Shown piece after piece: positions 21,030 through 30,845 of a stretch of DNA of 64,000 bases. The DNA comes from Synechococcus sp. (lineage in GTDB: Bacteria > Cyanobacteriota > Cyanobacteriia > Thermostichales > PCC-7336). Position 1 is the stretch's first letter. Every line of letters begins with the position of its first letter. The translations under genes and the position numbers were made by a program. The stretch lies in the NCBI GenBank assembly GCA_051439425.1, contig JBFRWD010000094.1, positions 1 to 64,000 of the forward strand, given 5' to 3'. The notes beneath the pieces are model-generated. The model saw only the letters and a list, made by a program, of their open reading frames with translations, was not told where the DNA came from and did no database searches.

Positions 21030-21884
21030 ATGAGCGAATCTGGCTGTCGTATGAATACCGATCGCGCTTGTCCGGCAAGACTGTCCCGTGGTCCTCTTGC
21101 TACTAGTTCTCGTACGAGCGGTGCCGTGCAGACTAAACTTGCCGTTGGTTTAGCTGTCGGAGTGGGGTTGTTGGGTTGGGTTGGCTGGGGGGTGAGTAGA
21201 GCCCTACAGCAATCGGTGTCTGTGTATTGGCTAACGGATGCCAATAGCGATATCCACTACGTCATTGAAGAGCGAACGGTGAATGCCCGCAGTCACAATC
21301 GCGCGATCGCGGCCGGGCTCAATATTTTGATTGATGGTCACCCTCAAGACCAGCTCCTATCTGCTGTGCCCACTGACACTAAACTATTGGGGGCAAGGCA
21401 AGAGGGAGATGAAATATATTTAGATTTTTCCGAAGAATTCGCCAGTGGGGGTGGTGCTTCTAGTCTTCTGGGACGGGTGACTCAGGTGCTTTACACCGCC
21501 ACAAGCTCTACTCCCACTGCCAAGGTTTGGATTTCAGTAGAGGGCGAGCCCGTTGAGGTCTTGAGTGGAGAAGGGTTGTTGGTCGAGCAGCCGCTGACTC
21601 GGGCATCGTTTCCACCCAACTTCAAAGACTACATTGCCTCACCTCAGCAGCTAGAACAGGACCTGGAGGCCGATCCCGAGCCCAATACTGTGTCCGGTCT
21701 AAGTACTGAGTCCGATCTCAACACTCAGCTCGATCTCAACACTCAGCTCGATCTAAATTCCCCCACTGGAACAGATGAGCTAGAACCCCTGCCAGATCCG
21801 GATAACCCAGAGGACACCAGCAGGACCGGCAGGACTGTGGAGAGTCTCGTTCCGACTTCTGAGTTGTCAGACCACACGATTTGA
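21030..21884 (+). CDS. GerMN domain protein with acidic C-terminal tail
   Basis: TM helix, DFSEEF.SGGGASS..GR..Q..YTATS, GEGL....PLTR. Confidence 0.85.
   Translation: MSESGCRMNTDRACPARLSRGPLATSSRTSGAVQTKLAVGLAVGVGLLGWVGWGVSRALQQSVSVYWLTDANSDIHYVIEERTVNARSHNRAIAAGLNILIDGHPQDQLLSAVPTDTKLLGARQEGDEIYLDFSEEFASGGGASSLLGRVTQVLYTATSSTPTAKVWISVEGEPVEVLSGEGLLVEQPLTRASFPPNFKDYIASPQQLEQDLEADPEPNTVSGLSTESDLNTQLDLNTQLDLNSPTGTDELEPLPDPDNPEDTSRTGRTVESLVPTSELSDHTI
21714..21756 (+). repeat. 18-bp in-frame tandem repeat (DLNTQL)x2.4
   Basis: gatctcaacactcagctc x2 followed by gatctaa. Confidence 0.8.
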
Positions 21885-22049
21885 AGTGCAGAGATGACGA
21901 GGGTAGGGGAGAGTCTCCCCCGGACTGAGGCTGCACAAAACAGTTCCGGTTGAGGGGATTGTAGAGAGGGATCTACCTACCGTGCCCGATCCCTCCGTTT
22001 CTCTCGAGCAGGTTAGTCTGAGACCAGTACCGTTTCGGAATACGTTCCT

Positions 22050-22715
22050 TTGCCTACCTTGCATGCTGCTTCTCACCCAATTGTGATTGGAGTGACGGGA
22101 GCCTCCGGATTGATTTATGCGGTTCGTACCGTTCGAGCATTGTTGGCAAGTAATTGTCAGGTGGAGTTGGTTGCCTCCAGAGCCGCCTATCGGGTGTGGC
22201 AGGCCGAGCACACCATTCAAATGCCCAACAATATGGAAGCACAAGCGGAGTTTTGGCGTCAGCAAGCCGGTGGTGTAACGAGCGGACAGTTGGTTTGTCA
22301 TCCTGGTGCCGATGTTGCAGCCACGATTGCTAGTGGTTCATTTCGCACGCAGGGAATGGTGGTCATTCCAAGCAGTATGGGCACGATCGCCAAATTGGCT
22401 GCTGGCATGAGTACGGACTTACTGGAGCGAGTGGCGGATGTTCATATCAAAGAAGGTAGACGCCTGGTTGTTGTGCCCAGAGAAACGCCGTTTAGTCTGA
22501 TTCACCTTCGTAACCTGACGACACTGGCCGAAGCTGGTGTGCGGATTGTCCCTGCGATCCCTGCTTGGTACCATCAGCCCCGCACCATCGAAGACTTGGT
22601 TGATTTTGTGGTGGCTCGCGCTCTTGACCAATTGGATATCGATCTGGAGGTAAATTTAATTCAACGCTGGAGTGGCCCGATCGATTCACAAACAGCTACC
22701 CCCCAATCTGACTGA
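22050..22715 (+). CDS. ubiX: flavin prenyltransferase UbiX
   Basis: GVTGASG, IASGSFRT, ERVADVHIKEGR, VPRETP. Confidence 0.93.
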   Translation: MPTLHAASHPIVIGVTGASGLIYAVRTVRALLASNCQVELVASRAAYRVWQAEHTIQMPNNMEAQAEFWRQQAGGVTSGQLVCHPGADVAATIASGSFRTQGMVVIPSSMGTIAKLAAGMSTDLLERVADVHIKEGRRLVVVPRETPFSLIHLRNLTTLAEAGVRIVPAIPAWYHQPRTIEDLVDFVVARALDQLDIDLEVNLIQRWSGPIDSQTATPQSD

Positions 22716-22757
22716 GATATGTTGATTGGAAGCCCTAAGAGACGGTTGGGAGCCGAG

Positions 22758-23159
22758 ATGAAAATACTGAGTACCATCCTTTCTCTTGTCGGTTTGGCAG
22801 TGCTGGCAATCTTTTGGTTTCAAAATTCGGAGCCTCAAGTAGATGCGGTGCTGCTGGGTCACCCCAGTCGGTCGGTTTCGCTCTCGATGATGCTGCTGTT
22901 TTTTTACTTGGCGGGGGTTGGAGTCGGTTTGTTGCTGAATGCGAGTTGGGCATTTGAAGATGCTTTTCTGGTGCGCAGAATCAAGCGCCAGGTGAGACAA
23001 ACTGGCGGGGTCAGTTCCTCTGCTTCATCTGCGCGGCGCGATACGGAATCCTATCAATCCCGCATCAATAATTCTGACAAGAGCGTTGATGAAGAGCCCC
23101 CTATCCAGCCCGATATTTTGGCAGATGGTGAAGAACCGGGTGATTGGCTGGATGGCTGA
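22758..23159 (+). CDS. small membrane protein (LapA/DUF1049-like)
   Basis: Two TM helices separated by FQN..., followed by a polar tail. Directly follows ubiX. Confidence 0.55.
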   Translation: MKILSTILSLVGLAVLAIFWFQNSEPQVDAVLLGHPSRSVSLSMMLLFFYLAGVGVGLLLNASWAFEDAFLVRRIKRQVRQTGGVSSSASSARRDTESYQSRINNSDKSVDEEPPIQPDILADGEEPGDWLDG

Positions 23160-23205
23160 CGGGATGCTGTTTCAATTCCTGAAATGCGTTACTTGTTGAA
23201 ATGCG

Positions 23206-24330
23206 TTACCTGCCACTACCCAACGGGAAGTTTGCCGTGAAACCGACCCCAACAGACACGTCATCGTAGTCGCGATCGCCTTCTATCGAGAGGTTGTTCG
23301 TGTACGTAGTGAATCCGCGCACACTTAGCAAATCGTTAATGGCATAGCGAACTTCACCGCGGATGCGATTGTTAATATCGGTGCGCGAATCATTGAAGAA
23401 GCTATCGAATAGCAAACGATAGAGAATCCGTCCCTGTAGCCGTTTGTTGAGAGGAAACTGCACCGAGGCATTCAAGCTATTGCCAATCCGATCCAAGTCG
23501 CTGTCGTTGGTGAGACTGCCGCGCAATTGATAGAAATATCGCAAATACAAGCTGCTGCTGGAAAACACATTGCCTCGCCCCACTTGATATTGCAGGGCTA
23601 AGCCCTGGTAATCGTCGTTCTCGAATGCCAGCAACTGCTGGCCTTGCAACTCTAAACGCGTGAACCATAGAGGGGCAAAATCCCAGTTGACACCAATCGA
23701 GCCGGCCAAATACCCGAAGGCCAGATCGTCTTCATTGGCATAAATGCTGCTGCCGACAACGATCGATGCGAGTAGCTGTGCGTTATCCGTGATGGAAGGC
23801 AGGGCTAAAAATGTCAATGTGGGGGTGAAGACTGCATCGCTGCTGCGATCGCGATCGAACGGCAAATACCCTGCATTAGAGGTGCCCCGCACTTCTAAAT
23901 CGACAAATAATCGATAGGGGCTGATGGCTTGCGTGCCGTCCTCTGCGGTTTCTAACGGGATAGGCCCCAAATCGGGTTCGGCATCTAATGCATCTAGTAA
24001 TTGCTGAAGACCACTATCGGCAATGGATTGGTCTTCGCTAGTCTCGGTTTCATCATCTGTTTCGCTACTGTCTTCGTCCTCAGCAATGGTGGCTTCAGAC
24101 GTGCTTGCTCCATTGGGGGCTTGCGAGAGCCAGCTGCTGTCTAGATTGAGGTGGCCGGGTTCTTCGGAGGAGTTTGCCTCATACGTGCTTCCGAGAGCTT
24201 TCTGTCCGCTATCCAGCCCCCCACCCAAAAGACCGATCGCGACGGCAAGGGTTCCCCACAGATAGCCGGAGTGTTTAGCTACTGAGCGGCTTTTCTTTCC
24301 CCGATCGCGGGTAGCCATATCAATCCTCAC
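23206..24330 (-). CDS. putative outer-membrane beta-barrel protein
   Basis: Signal peptide, acidic linker, many alternating amphipathic strands, C-terminal VGVGFTANF. Confidence 0.6.
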   Translation of the reverse strand: MRIDMATRDRGKKSRSVAKHSGYLWGTLAVAIGLLGGGLDSGQKALGSTYEANSSEEPGHLNLDSSWLSQAPNGASTSEATIAEDEDSSETDDETETSEDQSIADSGLQQLLDALDAEPDLGPIPLETAEDGTQAISPYRLFVDLEVRGTSNAGYLPFDRDRSSDAVFTPTLTFLALPSITDNAQLLASIVVGSSIYANEDDLAFGYLAGSIGVNWDFAPLWFTRLELQGQQLLAFENDDYQGLALQYQVGRGNVFSSSSLYLRYFYQLRGSLTNDSDLDRIGNSLNASVQFPLNKRLQGRILYRLLFDSFFNDSRTDINNRIRGEVRYAINDLLSVRGFTTYTNNLSIEGDRDYDDVSVGVGFTANFPLGSGR

Positions 24331-24418
24331 GAAGACAGAATGTCAAAAAAATTGCGAGTGCATTGCGTTGCCGTCAACCGACGTGCACAAACTTGGCTGC
24401 CAGCACAAGGGAGCGACC

Positions 24419-25507
24419 TTAGTTCGGAACGCCCGGAATACCTGTAACAGGGTCTCCGGGGTCGATTGGCTCCTGAGGATCGACAGGATCGATGGGGTTT
24501 ACCGGTGGCTCGGGAGGTTCTGGTGGCTCGGGAGGTTCCGGTGGCTCGGGAGGTTCCGGTGGCTCGGGAGGTGGTTCCGGCGGTTCAGGGGTGGCGATGG
24601 GAGGGGGGTCGGACGGTTCGAACTCGGGCTCGAATCGGAACTCACCAAACTCTTCCAGCCTGTTAGCTGGATCGTCAAGCAACGATCGCCAAAATTCCTG
24701 CTGAATATCCTCAGATGCGCTGGCCAGGGTGACTCGCTCGCACTCCCCGCTGGGGGCGTCATCGCACAGTTCGGCCAAGAGTGGAAAGGAGTTGAGGGCT
24801 TGTACCGGATCGAACTCGGCAACTTGTATCAACACTCCATCGATTACCAATGCCACCTGGCCGGGAGAGAGCGTGGCAATCGCTTGGCCATCTGGATCTG
24901 GAGTTCTCAGTTCGAGAGGAGTGGCATTAAAGTTCAAAAAGGTTTCCACTCTGCGACCGCGATCGTCTTCGCGGCTACTGGCAGCAATAAAGCTTCCCTG
25001 GATGGCGGCGACTGCTGCCGGCGTGCTAAGGATGGCTCCACCGGCACCGGGAGGGGTGACAATTGCGGCGACCCCATCATCTAACCTGAACGCGCGATCG
25101 GGACCGGGTTGGAAGCTAAACAGGGAGTTTTGCCCGACTCTCACCAGCGAATCGTCGTTAAAGATGAGTTGGGCTTGAGAATCCGTTCCCGTACCCAGAC
25201 GATCTCCATTCGCCGCTAACCGATCGCCTTCAACCGCATCTGTAGCGGGGCCCCCAGATAGTTCCACAACGACTTGGTTTCTCAGTCGATTGACGATGGC
25301 ATCTGTGAGCGTTTGTTCTTGAGATTGGGCCGTTTCTCCTAGGCTCAGGCTGGCCAGTGCAACAGTGCCCAACACAATGAATTGGGCTGCCCTAATCGTT
25401 GAAAGCCGTGACTGCCGTTTCGGGATTCGTTCAGCGATATCGATAGGCCGTAGGTGACTTACCAGGTATGTAAGTCCGCGAATCGGAGCGCGTCCGCATC
25501 GTTGCAT
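24419..25507 (-). CDS. FecR-domain protein with Pro/Glu-rich tail
   Basis: GDRLGTG.DSQAQLIFNDDSLVRVGQNSLF and TPAAVAAIQGS (FecR-like). Tail of (PPE)n. Confidence 0.8.
   Translation of the reverse strand: MQRCGRAPIRGLTYLVSHLRPIDIAERIPKRQSRLSTIRAAQFIVLGTVALASLSLGETAQSQEQTLTDAIVNRLRNQVVVELSGGPATDAVEGDRLAANGDRLGTGTDSQAQLIFNDDSLVRVGQNSLFSFQPGPDRAFRLDDGVAAIVTPPGAGGAILSTPAAVAAIQGSFIAASSREDDRGRRVETFLNFNATPLELRTPDPDGQAIATLSPGQVALVIDGVLIQVAEFDPVQALNSFPLLAELCDDAPSGECERVTLASASEDIQQEFWRSLLDDPANRLEEFGEFRFEPEFEPSDPPPIATPEPPEPPPEPPEPPEPPEPPEPPEPPEPPVNPIDPVDPQEPIDPGDPVTGIPGVPN
24502..24590 (-). repeat. 9/18-bp coding tandem repeat encoding (PPE)n
   Basis: ggtggctcgggaggttc(c/t) repeated on the + strand. Confidence 0.85.
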
Positions 25508-25748
25508 GGGTCAATACCCGGAGAAACTCACGTGTCCCAAGTCTAGTGCTAAGAGCATAGCCAATATACAAAATCCAGTGGCCATCAGCTAGTTACGTTA
25601 TTCCCGATTACATGCCCCTCGGACTTGCTTCCGTTTTTACTGAACGAGCCCCAACGTTTCCGTCTGGTGGCGTGCTGGAGGCCCTGAAACTCACTGGGGT
25701 GGGGCTAGAAGAGTCCCAATGCCTTTTGTATCTTGGTTAAAAAGCTGT

Positions 25749-27440
25749 TTATCCCAACTGTAAGGTGTTGGCCTTTGCAAATCGACCCAACACGGTGATG
25801 AGACGATCGAAGTGACGGCGCTCTCTAGCCGATATTTGTATGGAACGTGGGTAACGATAGCGGACGAGAGACAACACATCCTCAGATACGCGATCGATTT
25901 TGTTGAATACCAACTGGCGTGGCCCGGTTGCGATCGCCATGTCGTCTAGCAATGCATCAACTGCTGCAATCTGTTCCTGCCAATTGGGGTGAGAGATATC
26001 CACAACGTGAAGCAGTGCATCAGCTTCCGTCACTTCTTCGAGGGTGGCCCGAAAGGAATCGACAAGTTGGGGAGGGAGTTCCGTCAGGAATCCAACGGTA
26101 TCGGTCAGTAACAGCGGGGTGTGGGCATCTAACTGCAAGCGCCGTGTTGTGGGATCGAGGGTAGCAAACAGGCGATCTGCTGCATAGGCATCCGAAGCCG
26201 TGAGAGCATTCAGTAGAGTCGATTTACCTGCATTGGTGTAGCCCACAATGGCAATGGTCGGCATCTCTCGACGCTGTCGTTTTTGGCGCAGCCTGCGGCG
26301 GTGAGCTTGCAGTTCATTGACCCGACGTTGCAACACGCTAATGCGGCGCTGAATGCCCCGCCGCTCTACTTCTAGTTTGGTTTCTCCCGGGCCTCGGGTG
26401 CCGATGCCTCCACCCAGTCGTGACATGGCCTGCCCGCGACCCATCAATCGAGGCATCAAGTATTCCAGTTGAGCTAGCTCCACCTGCAACTTGCCCGCCC
26501 GCGAGCGGGCCCGCTGGGCAAAAATATCCAGAATTACCTCCGTGCGATCTACCACCCTCGCCCCCACTTGTTCTTCTAGCAGTCGGACTTGGCTGGGGGA
26601 TAACTCGCGATCGAACACCACCATATTGGCCCCCGTATCCTGGACTAGCAGCGCCAGATCCTGCACTTTTCCGGGACCGATCGCTGTTTTGGGGTGAAGG
26701 CGCTCCCGCCGCTGCCGCAGGGTTTCCAGGACTTCTCCCCCAGCACTGTCCACCAGTAATTCCAGTTCATCCAGCCGTTCTTGCAATTTCTGCTCGGATA
26801 GTTCTGATGTCAGTAAGCCGACCAGTACCGTTCTATCTCGGGTGCCATCCACTTGACGGTTGGAGTAGAGCCGGCTGAACTCTGACTCTAACCCCTCCAC
26901 CAGCTCGAAAAAATCATCCTCAGTCACGGCGGTGAGTTGCTGGACGGGCGAAACTGACCAGCGCTCTGTTCCAGGTACTAGGTGGGAAACCGATGCTGTG
27001 GTCACATAGCCGGCTGCCCCTCGACCCCGCTTTCCGGTCGAGCCCTCTCCCGTGACGTGTAATGTCACGAGAGCATCCAGTCGCTGCAACGCCATGGCCA
27101 CTAGGGCTTTATGGCTGGGGTCTCTCTGGCTGTATTGGCTGGTGATGCAACGGATACCGCACAGGCGTTCTGCCCCCTGGCGGGGCAGTTCGATCAAGGG
27201 AATTTGAGCTTCTATGGGATTACCAATGGCGACCCTTATCACCCGCCCGCGCCGATTGATAAACGCACTTACCGATTGCGGTTTTAGTTCTGAGGCGATC
27301 GCCCCCATCCGTTGTGCGAATTCTGCAGTCAGCAGTCGATCTTGAGGCAATCGCTGTTGGTACAAGCGCTTGAGCTGCTTGATTTGAAATGGCTTAAGTC
27401 CGTTGAGGTGACCGTAGAGGGTATCGATAAGCGACCTCAA
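25749..27440 (-). CDS. hflX: GTPase HflX (cyanobacterial long N-terminus)
   Basis: GIGTRGPGETKLE, GYTNAGKSTL, LFATLDPT, DTVGF, NKID. Confidence 0.96.
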   Translation of the reverse strand: MRSLIDTLYGHLNGLKPFQIKQLKRLYQQRLPQDRLLTAEFAQRMGAIASELKPQSVSAFINRRGRVIRVAIGNPIEAQIPLIELPRQGAERLCGIRCITSQYSQRDPSHKALVAMALQRLDALVTLHVTGEGSTGKRGRGAAGYVTTASVSHLVPGTERWSVSPVQQLTAVTEDDFFELVEGLESEFSRLYSNRQVDGTRDRTVLVGLLTSELSEQKLQERLDELELLVDSAGGEVLETLRQRRERLHPKTAIGPGKVQDLALLVQDTGANMVVFDRELSPSQVRLLEEQVGARVVDRTEVILDIFAQRARSRAGKLQVELAQLEYLMPRLMGRGQAMSRLGGGIGTRGPGETKLEVERRGIQRRISVLQRRVNELQAHRRRLRQKRQRREMPTIAIVGYTNAGKSTLLNALTASDAYAADRLFATLDPTTRRLQLDAHTPLLLTDTVGFLTELPPQLVDSFRATLEEVTEADALLHVVDISHPNWQEQIAAVDALLDDMAIATGPRQLVFNKIDRVSEDVLSLVRYRYPRSIQISARERRHFDRLITVLGRFAKANTLQLG

Positions 27441-28020
27441 GATAAGGCTGAATTATCAGGCATTTTAGCAGGCTCGTTTGTGACGACTAGATTTGCGGCT
27501 TCCTGTGTTATTCTTTGACATCGACCTCATAATGCTCGCGATATCTTCTTAACTCAGTATTTGCTCGATCTCGACCTTCGCGGCATTGCCTGAATCGAGC
27601 TGGAGAGAGCGCGGGTTCGAGTCCGTATGAGAGGCTATCAACCGTGTTGGCGCTAATTCATTGAAAATCCTGTATCCATCGCCTGTTTTCAGATCGCATT
27701 GATTGTTTCAATCACGAAAGAAACTGTTGTGACACGCGGCAAAATATATATACGGTAAGGTCTTTTCACTTCTTTTCTTGACTTGATGAAGCTTTGACGT
27801 GCATAAATGGGCATGATGATGTCCGTAGCCCAAAACACTTGTGCGTCGGTTTTAGATGTTCGGAATTAGCTGAACCGACAAAAAATGTCAATCCGTGAAT
27901 ATCTGTAAAAAACTGCATGGAACTATTGCGGTAAGTCAAAAATACGGGCTCAAAAATTAAAAAAAATATGCAATTTTACAAATAATTCACATTTGTGTCG
28001 CTGCACTACAGGAAATTCAT

Positions 28021-29031
28021 ATGCCAGTTCTGATGATTGGAACCCAGCGCTCGGGATCCAACCTGTTACGTTTGATGCTCAACCAGATCGAACAGCTTGC
28101 TGCTCCCCACCCTCCGCATATTTTGAAGCGGCTAATGCCTTTGCAGAGCTGCTACGGTGACCTCTCCAGTAACGAAGCATTTGCCAACCTTGTAGATGAT
28201 GTCTGTCGCTTGGTTGAACTCAATCCGGTTGCTTGGGATGGCGTGACCCTCGATCGTCAGGATGTTGCGTCTCGTTGCCGCGCTCATTCGACGGTGGCTG
28301 TGTTTAATGCTGTGTACGATATTTTGGCAGAAACCTGGGGGGCTGACACTTGGATCTGTAAGAGTTTGGCCAATGTCCACTATCTGGACGAAATGGACGA
28401 ATACATTGAAGGTGCGAAGTACTTATATCTCTACCGTGACGGTCGCGATGTTGCCTGCTCTTTCCGCAAGGCAGTAGTTGGTGAAAAGCACTTTTACCAT
28501 ATTGCCAAAGGCTGGGCCAATGCGCAGCAAAAAGCACTGGATATGCGGGAGAAAGTCAGTGAAGAGTGCTTTTTTAGCGTTAGTTACGAGCAGCTGACTA
28601 GCGAAACAGAAGCTACGTTGAAGCGATTGTGTTCCTTTTTAGGGTACGAATATACATCTAAGATGTTGGAATTCAACCAGTCTGCTGAAGCAACACGCAC
28701 GGCTAAATCTAGCTCTCTGTGGGGCAATGTCACCCAGGGACTTATGACCGATAACACCCGCAAGTTCCTGAAGAAAGCATCTGCGGAAGACATTCGTATT
28801 TTTGAGGCCGTTGCAGGCAAGCAATTACAGGCATTGGGGTACGAGCTAACTCAGTTGGAGCCCAACGAGACTGTGGAATTTAGCGAAGCCGAGGTGGCTG
28901 CGTTTTCGGAAGAAAACGATCGCTTGAAGGCAGAGCGCAAAGAAACCATGGATGCCGAAGATCGCGAACGCCGCGAGCTTCAGGCTAGCCTGCTGGCCGA
29001 AATTCAGTCCCGTCAACCGGCTCTGGTTTAA
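28021..29031 (+). CDS. PAPS-dependent sulfotransferase family protein
   Basis: 5'-PSB loop GTQRSGSNLL, 3'-PB motif RDGRDVACS, and V.YE.L......L..LC.FLG. Confidence 0.88.
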   Translation: MPVLMIGTQRSGSNLLRLMLNQIEQLAAPHPPHILKRLMPLQSCYGDLSSNEAFANLVDDVCRLVELNPVAWDGVTLDRQDVASRCRAHSTVAVFNAVYDILAETWGADTWICKSLANVHYLDEMDEYIEGAKYLYLYRDGRDVACSFRKAVVGEKHFYHIAKGWANAQQKALDMREKVSEECFFSVSYEQLTSETEATLKRLCSFLGYEYTSKMLEFNQSAEATRTAKSSSLWGNVTQGLMTDNTRKFLKKASAEDIRIFEAVAGKQLQALGYELTQLEPNETVEFSEAEVAAFSEENDRLKAERKETMDAEDRERRELQASLLAEIQSRQPALV

Positions 29032-29182
29032 GTCATTGATGGGATAAGCCCTCACTGGGAGCGGTAGTTGGTGAATGAGCCCTCCCTCCCTCTCTGAAAG
29101 ATGCACCTCTGTGAGTCTTCCCCGACGCGATCGGGTGTTGGGGATGATTCCAGCAATTATCCGCTGAAATCTTGCTGGCGGT

Positions 29183-30541
29183 TTGTCTGCCGCTATTGTT
29201 GTTGCCACGTCACCAGAAGCCATGACGAAAGAACTTGCCATCGATACATCGCCTCCCGAGAGGCTATCTCCATCCACTGGTTCGAATTCAGCCTCTCTGC
29301 CATTTCTATTTCTGTCATTTTTAAAGGTTGGAAGTACGGCATTCGGGGGGTTCATGGCCTTGATCTCGGTGGTGGAATCCATCATCGTGGAACGCCGCAA
29401 ACTGCTGATGCATGAAGATATGCTGGATGGTATTTCTCTGGCATCTGTACTTCCCGGCCCAGTAGCAGCCAATGTTGTCGCTTACGTGGGTTACCGCCTG
29501 AAAGGAACGATGGGGGCGATCGCCACGGCTACTGGTGTTCTGCTACCGTCGTTCATCCTGGTCTTGGCATTCACGGTTGTTTACCAGAATGTTGGCAACA
29601 TTCCCGAAGTGACTCGGGTTTTGATGGGATTTGTGCCTGCTGTCGCCGCCATTATTTTGGGGGCGGTGTGGCGCATGTCGAAAAAAGCGTTGAAGGGTCG
29701 GGTCGAGGTGGTGGTGGCTATTGTGGCCACTGCCGTCATGTTTGCCATTCAGTTTTTGCTGAAGAGCCCCTTTAGCGGGTTTGCGTCTGCGGTTAGGCCG
29801 TATATTCCTCTGTTCCTTGTGATTGCATCCGGTCTGTTTGGCTGGATGTATTTTCATAAACCTGCAAATATCTCGGACAAAGCGGTGACTGCAACCGCGT
29901 CTGCACCCTCTGTCGCTCAGCACAGCTCGAAGTTTAAGTTGGCGTTGACTGTAGCTATACTGGCTGGCTTGTTATCGTGTTATCTCTACAAGCTGCAAAA
30001 TCCTGCATTCTTGGGGGAGGACAGTCTTGCCACGTTGTTCACGACATTCTCCGGTATGAGCATCATGCTGTTTGGGGGCGGATTTGTGTTTATCCCCATC
30101 ATTCAGGGTGTGGTGGTTGATAGCTTGGGATGGGTAAACAACGAGCAGTTCACTACGGCGATCGCAATTGGGCAAATCACCCCAGGTCCCATCTTGATTA
30201 GTGCTGCTTTTATCGGATACGTGGTGAAAGGCTTTCTAGGGTCTCTGGTTTCTACCATCGCTATTTTCTTCCCTCCAGCCTTGATTATGGTTACCTGTTC
30301 CCACTGGTTGGAGCAGATTAAGCAGTCGGCTGTGATTCAGGCTGCCTTGCGCGGTATTCGCCCCGCCGTAATCGGCATGATCTTCTTTGCTGTGTATGCC
30401 GTACTGACTACAGCTCAACTGCATTGGGCTACTCCGGTTATTTTTGCCGGTGCTCTGATCGCTCTGGTGCGCTTCAAGGTAGGACTGGTGGTGCTAATTC
30501 CAGTCTCCGGCATCTTGGGACTCGCTCTGTATTCCCTCTAA
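29183..30541 (+). CDS. chrA: chromate/sulfate transporter, long-chain CHR (ChrA/SrpC family)
   Basis: Duplicated motifs FGG...LPGP and FGGG...QITPGP. The start may be ATG 29222. Confidence 0.9.
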   Translation: MSAAIVVATSPEAMTKELAIDTSPPERLSPSTGSNSASLPFLFLSFLKVGSTAFGGFMALISVVESIIVERRKLLMHEDMLDGISLASVLPGPVAANVVAYVGYRLKGTMGAIATATGVLLPSFILVLAFTVVYQNVGNIPEVTRVLMGFVPAVAAIILGAVWRMSKKALKGRVEVVVAIVATAVMFAIQFLLKSPFSGFASAVRPYIPLFLVIASGLFGWMYFHKPANISDKAVTATASAPSVAQHSSKFKLALTVAILAGLLSCYLYKLQNPAFLGEDSLATLFTTFSGMSIMLFGGGFVFIPIIQGVVVDSLGWVNNEQFTTAIAIGQITPGPILISAAFIGYVVKGFLGSLVSTIAIFFPPALIMVTCSHWLEQIKQSAVIQAALRGIRPAVIGMIFFAVYAVLTTAQLHWATPVIFAGALIALVRFKVGLVVLIPVSGILGLALYSL

Positions 30542-30554
30542 CTCGATTCTCGCC

Positions 30555-30578
30555 AAGTGCCGCTCTAGAGCGGCACTT
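30555..30578. terminator. perfect 24-bp palindrome after chrA
   Basis: aagtgccgctctagagcggcactt. Confidence 0.55.
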
Positions 30579-30845
30579 CAAGTATTCAAGCTTTCTCCTC
30601 ACTCAATCTTGAGTCCAGTTCGGTATTGCGTCACGGAATCAATAGATCTCATCGAGTGCAGGACTCGAACAGTTGAGGCATGGGCATGTAAATCGGCGAT
30701 CGCCGAGCCTATTGACCTTGATACCTGACTCGATCTCGGTGCCCGTTTCGACAATCCGATCGCGACTTCGGCCCGTTTTGTCTAGGCCGAAACTCTCTAG
30801 CACAGCTCGAGTTCTCGAAGACTCCGGTAAATGGTTGTTGAAGCT

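Noticed and set aside
24368..25178. Plus-strand ORFs with GGSGGS / WLGRFR / AREVPV repeats
   Set aside because: These are antisense shadows of the (PPE)n repeat in the FecR gene.
27595..27640. tRNA T-arm-like gcgggttcgagtccgt at the edge of the sulfotransferase leader
   Set aside because: The T-stem is one pair short and I could not build acceptor, D or anticodon arms or a CCA end. At most a decayed remnant.
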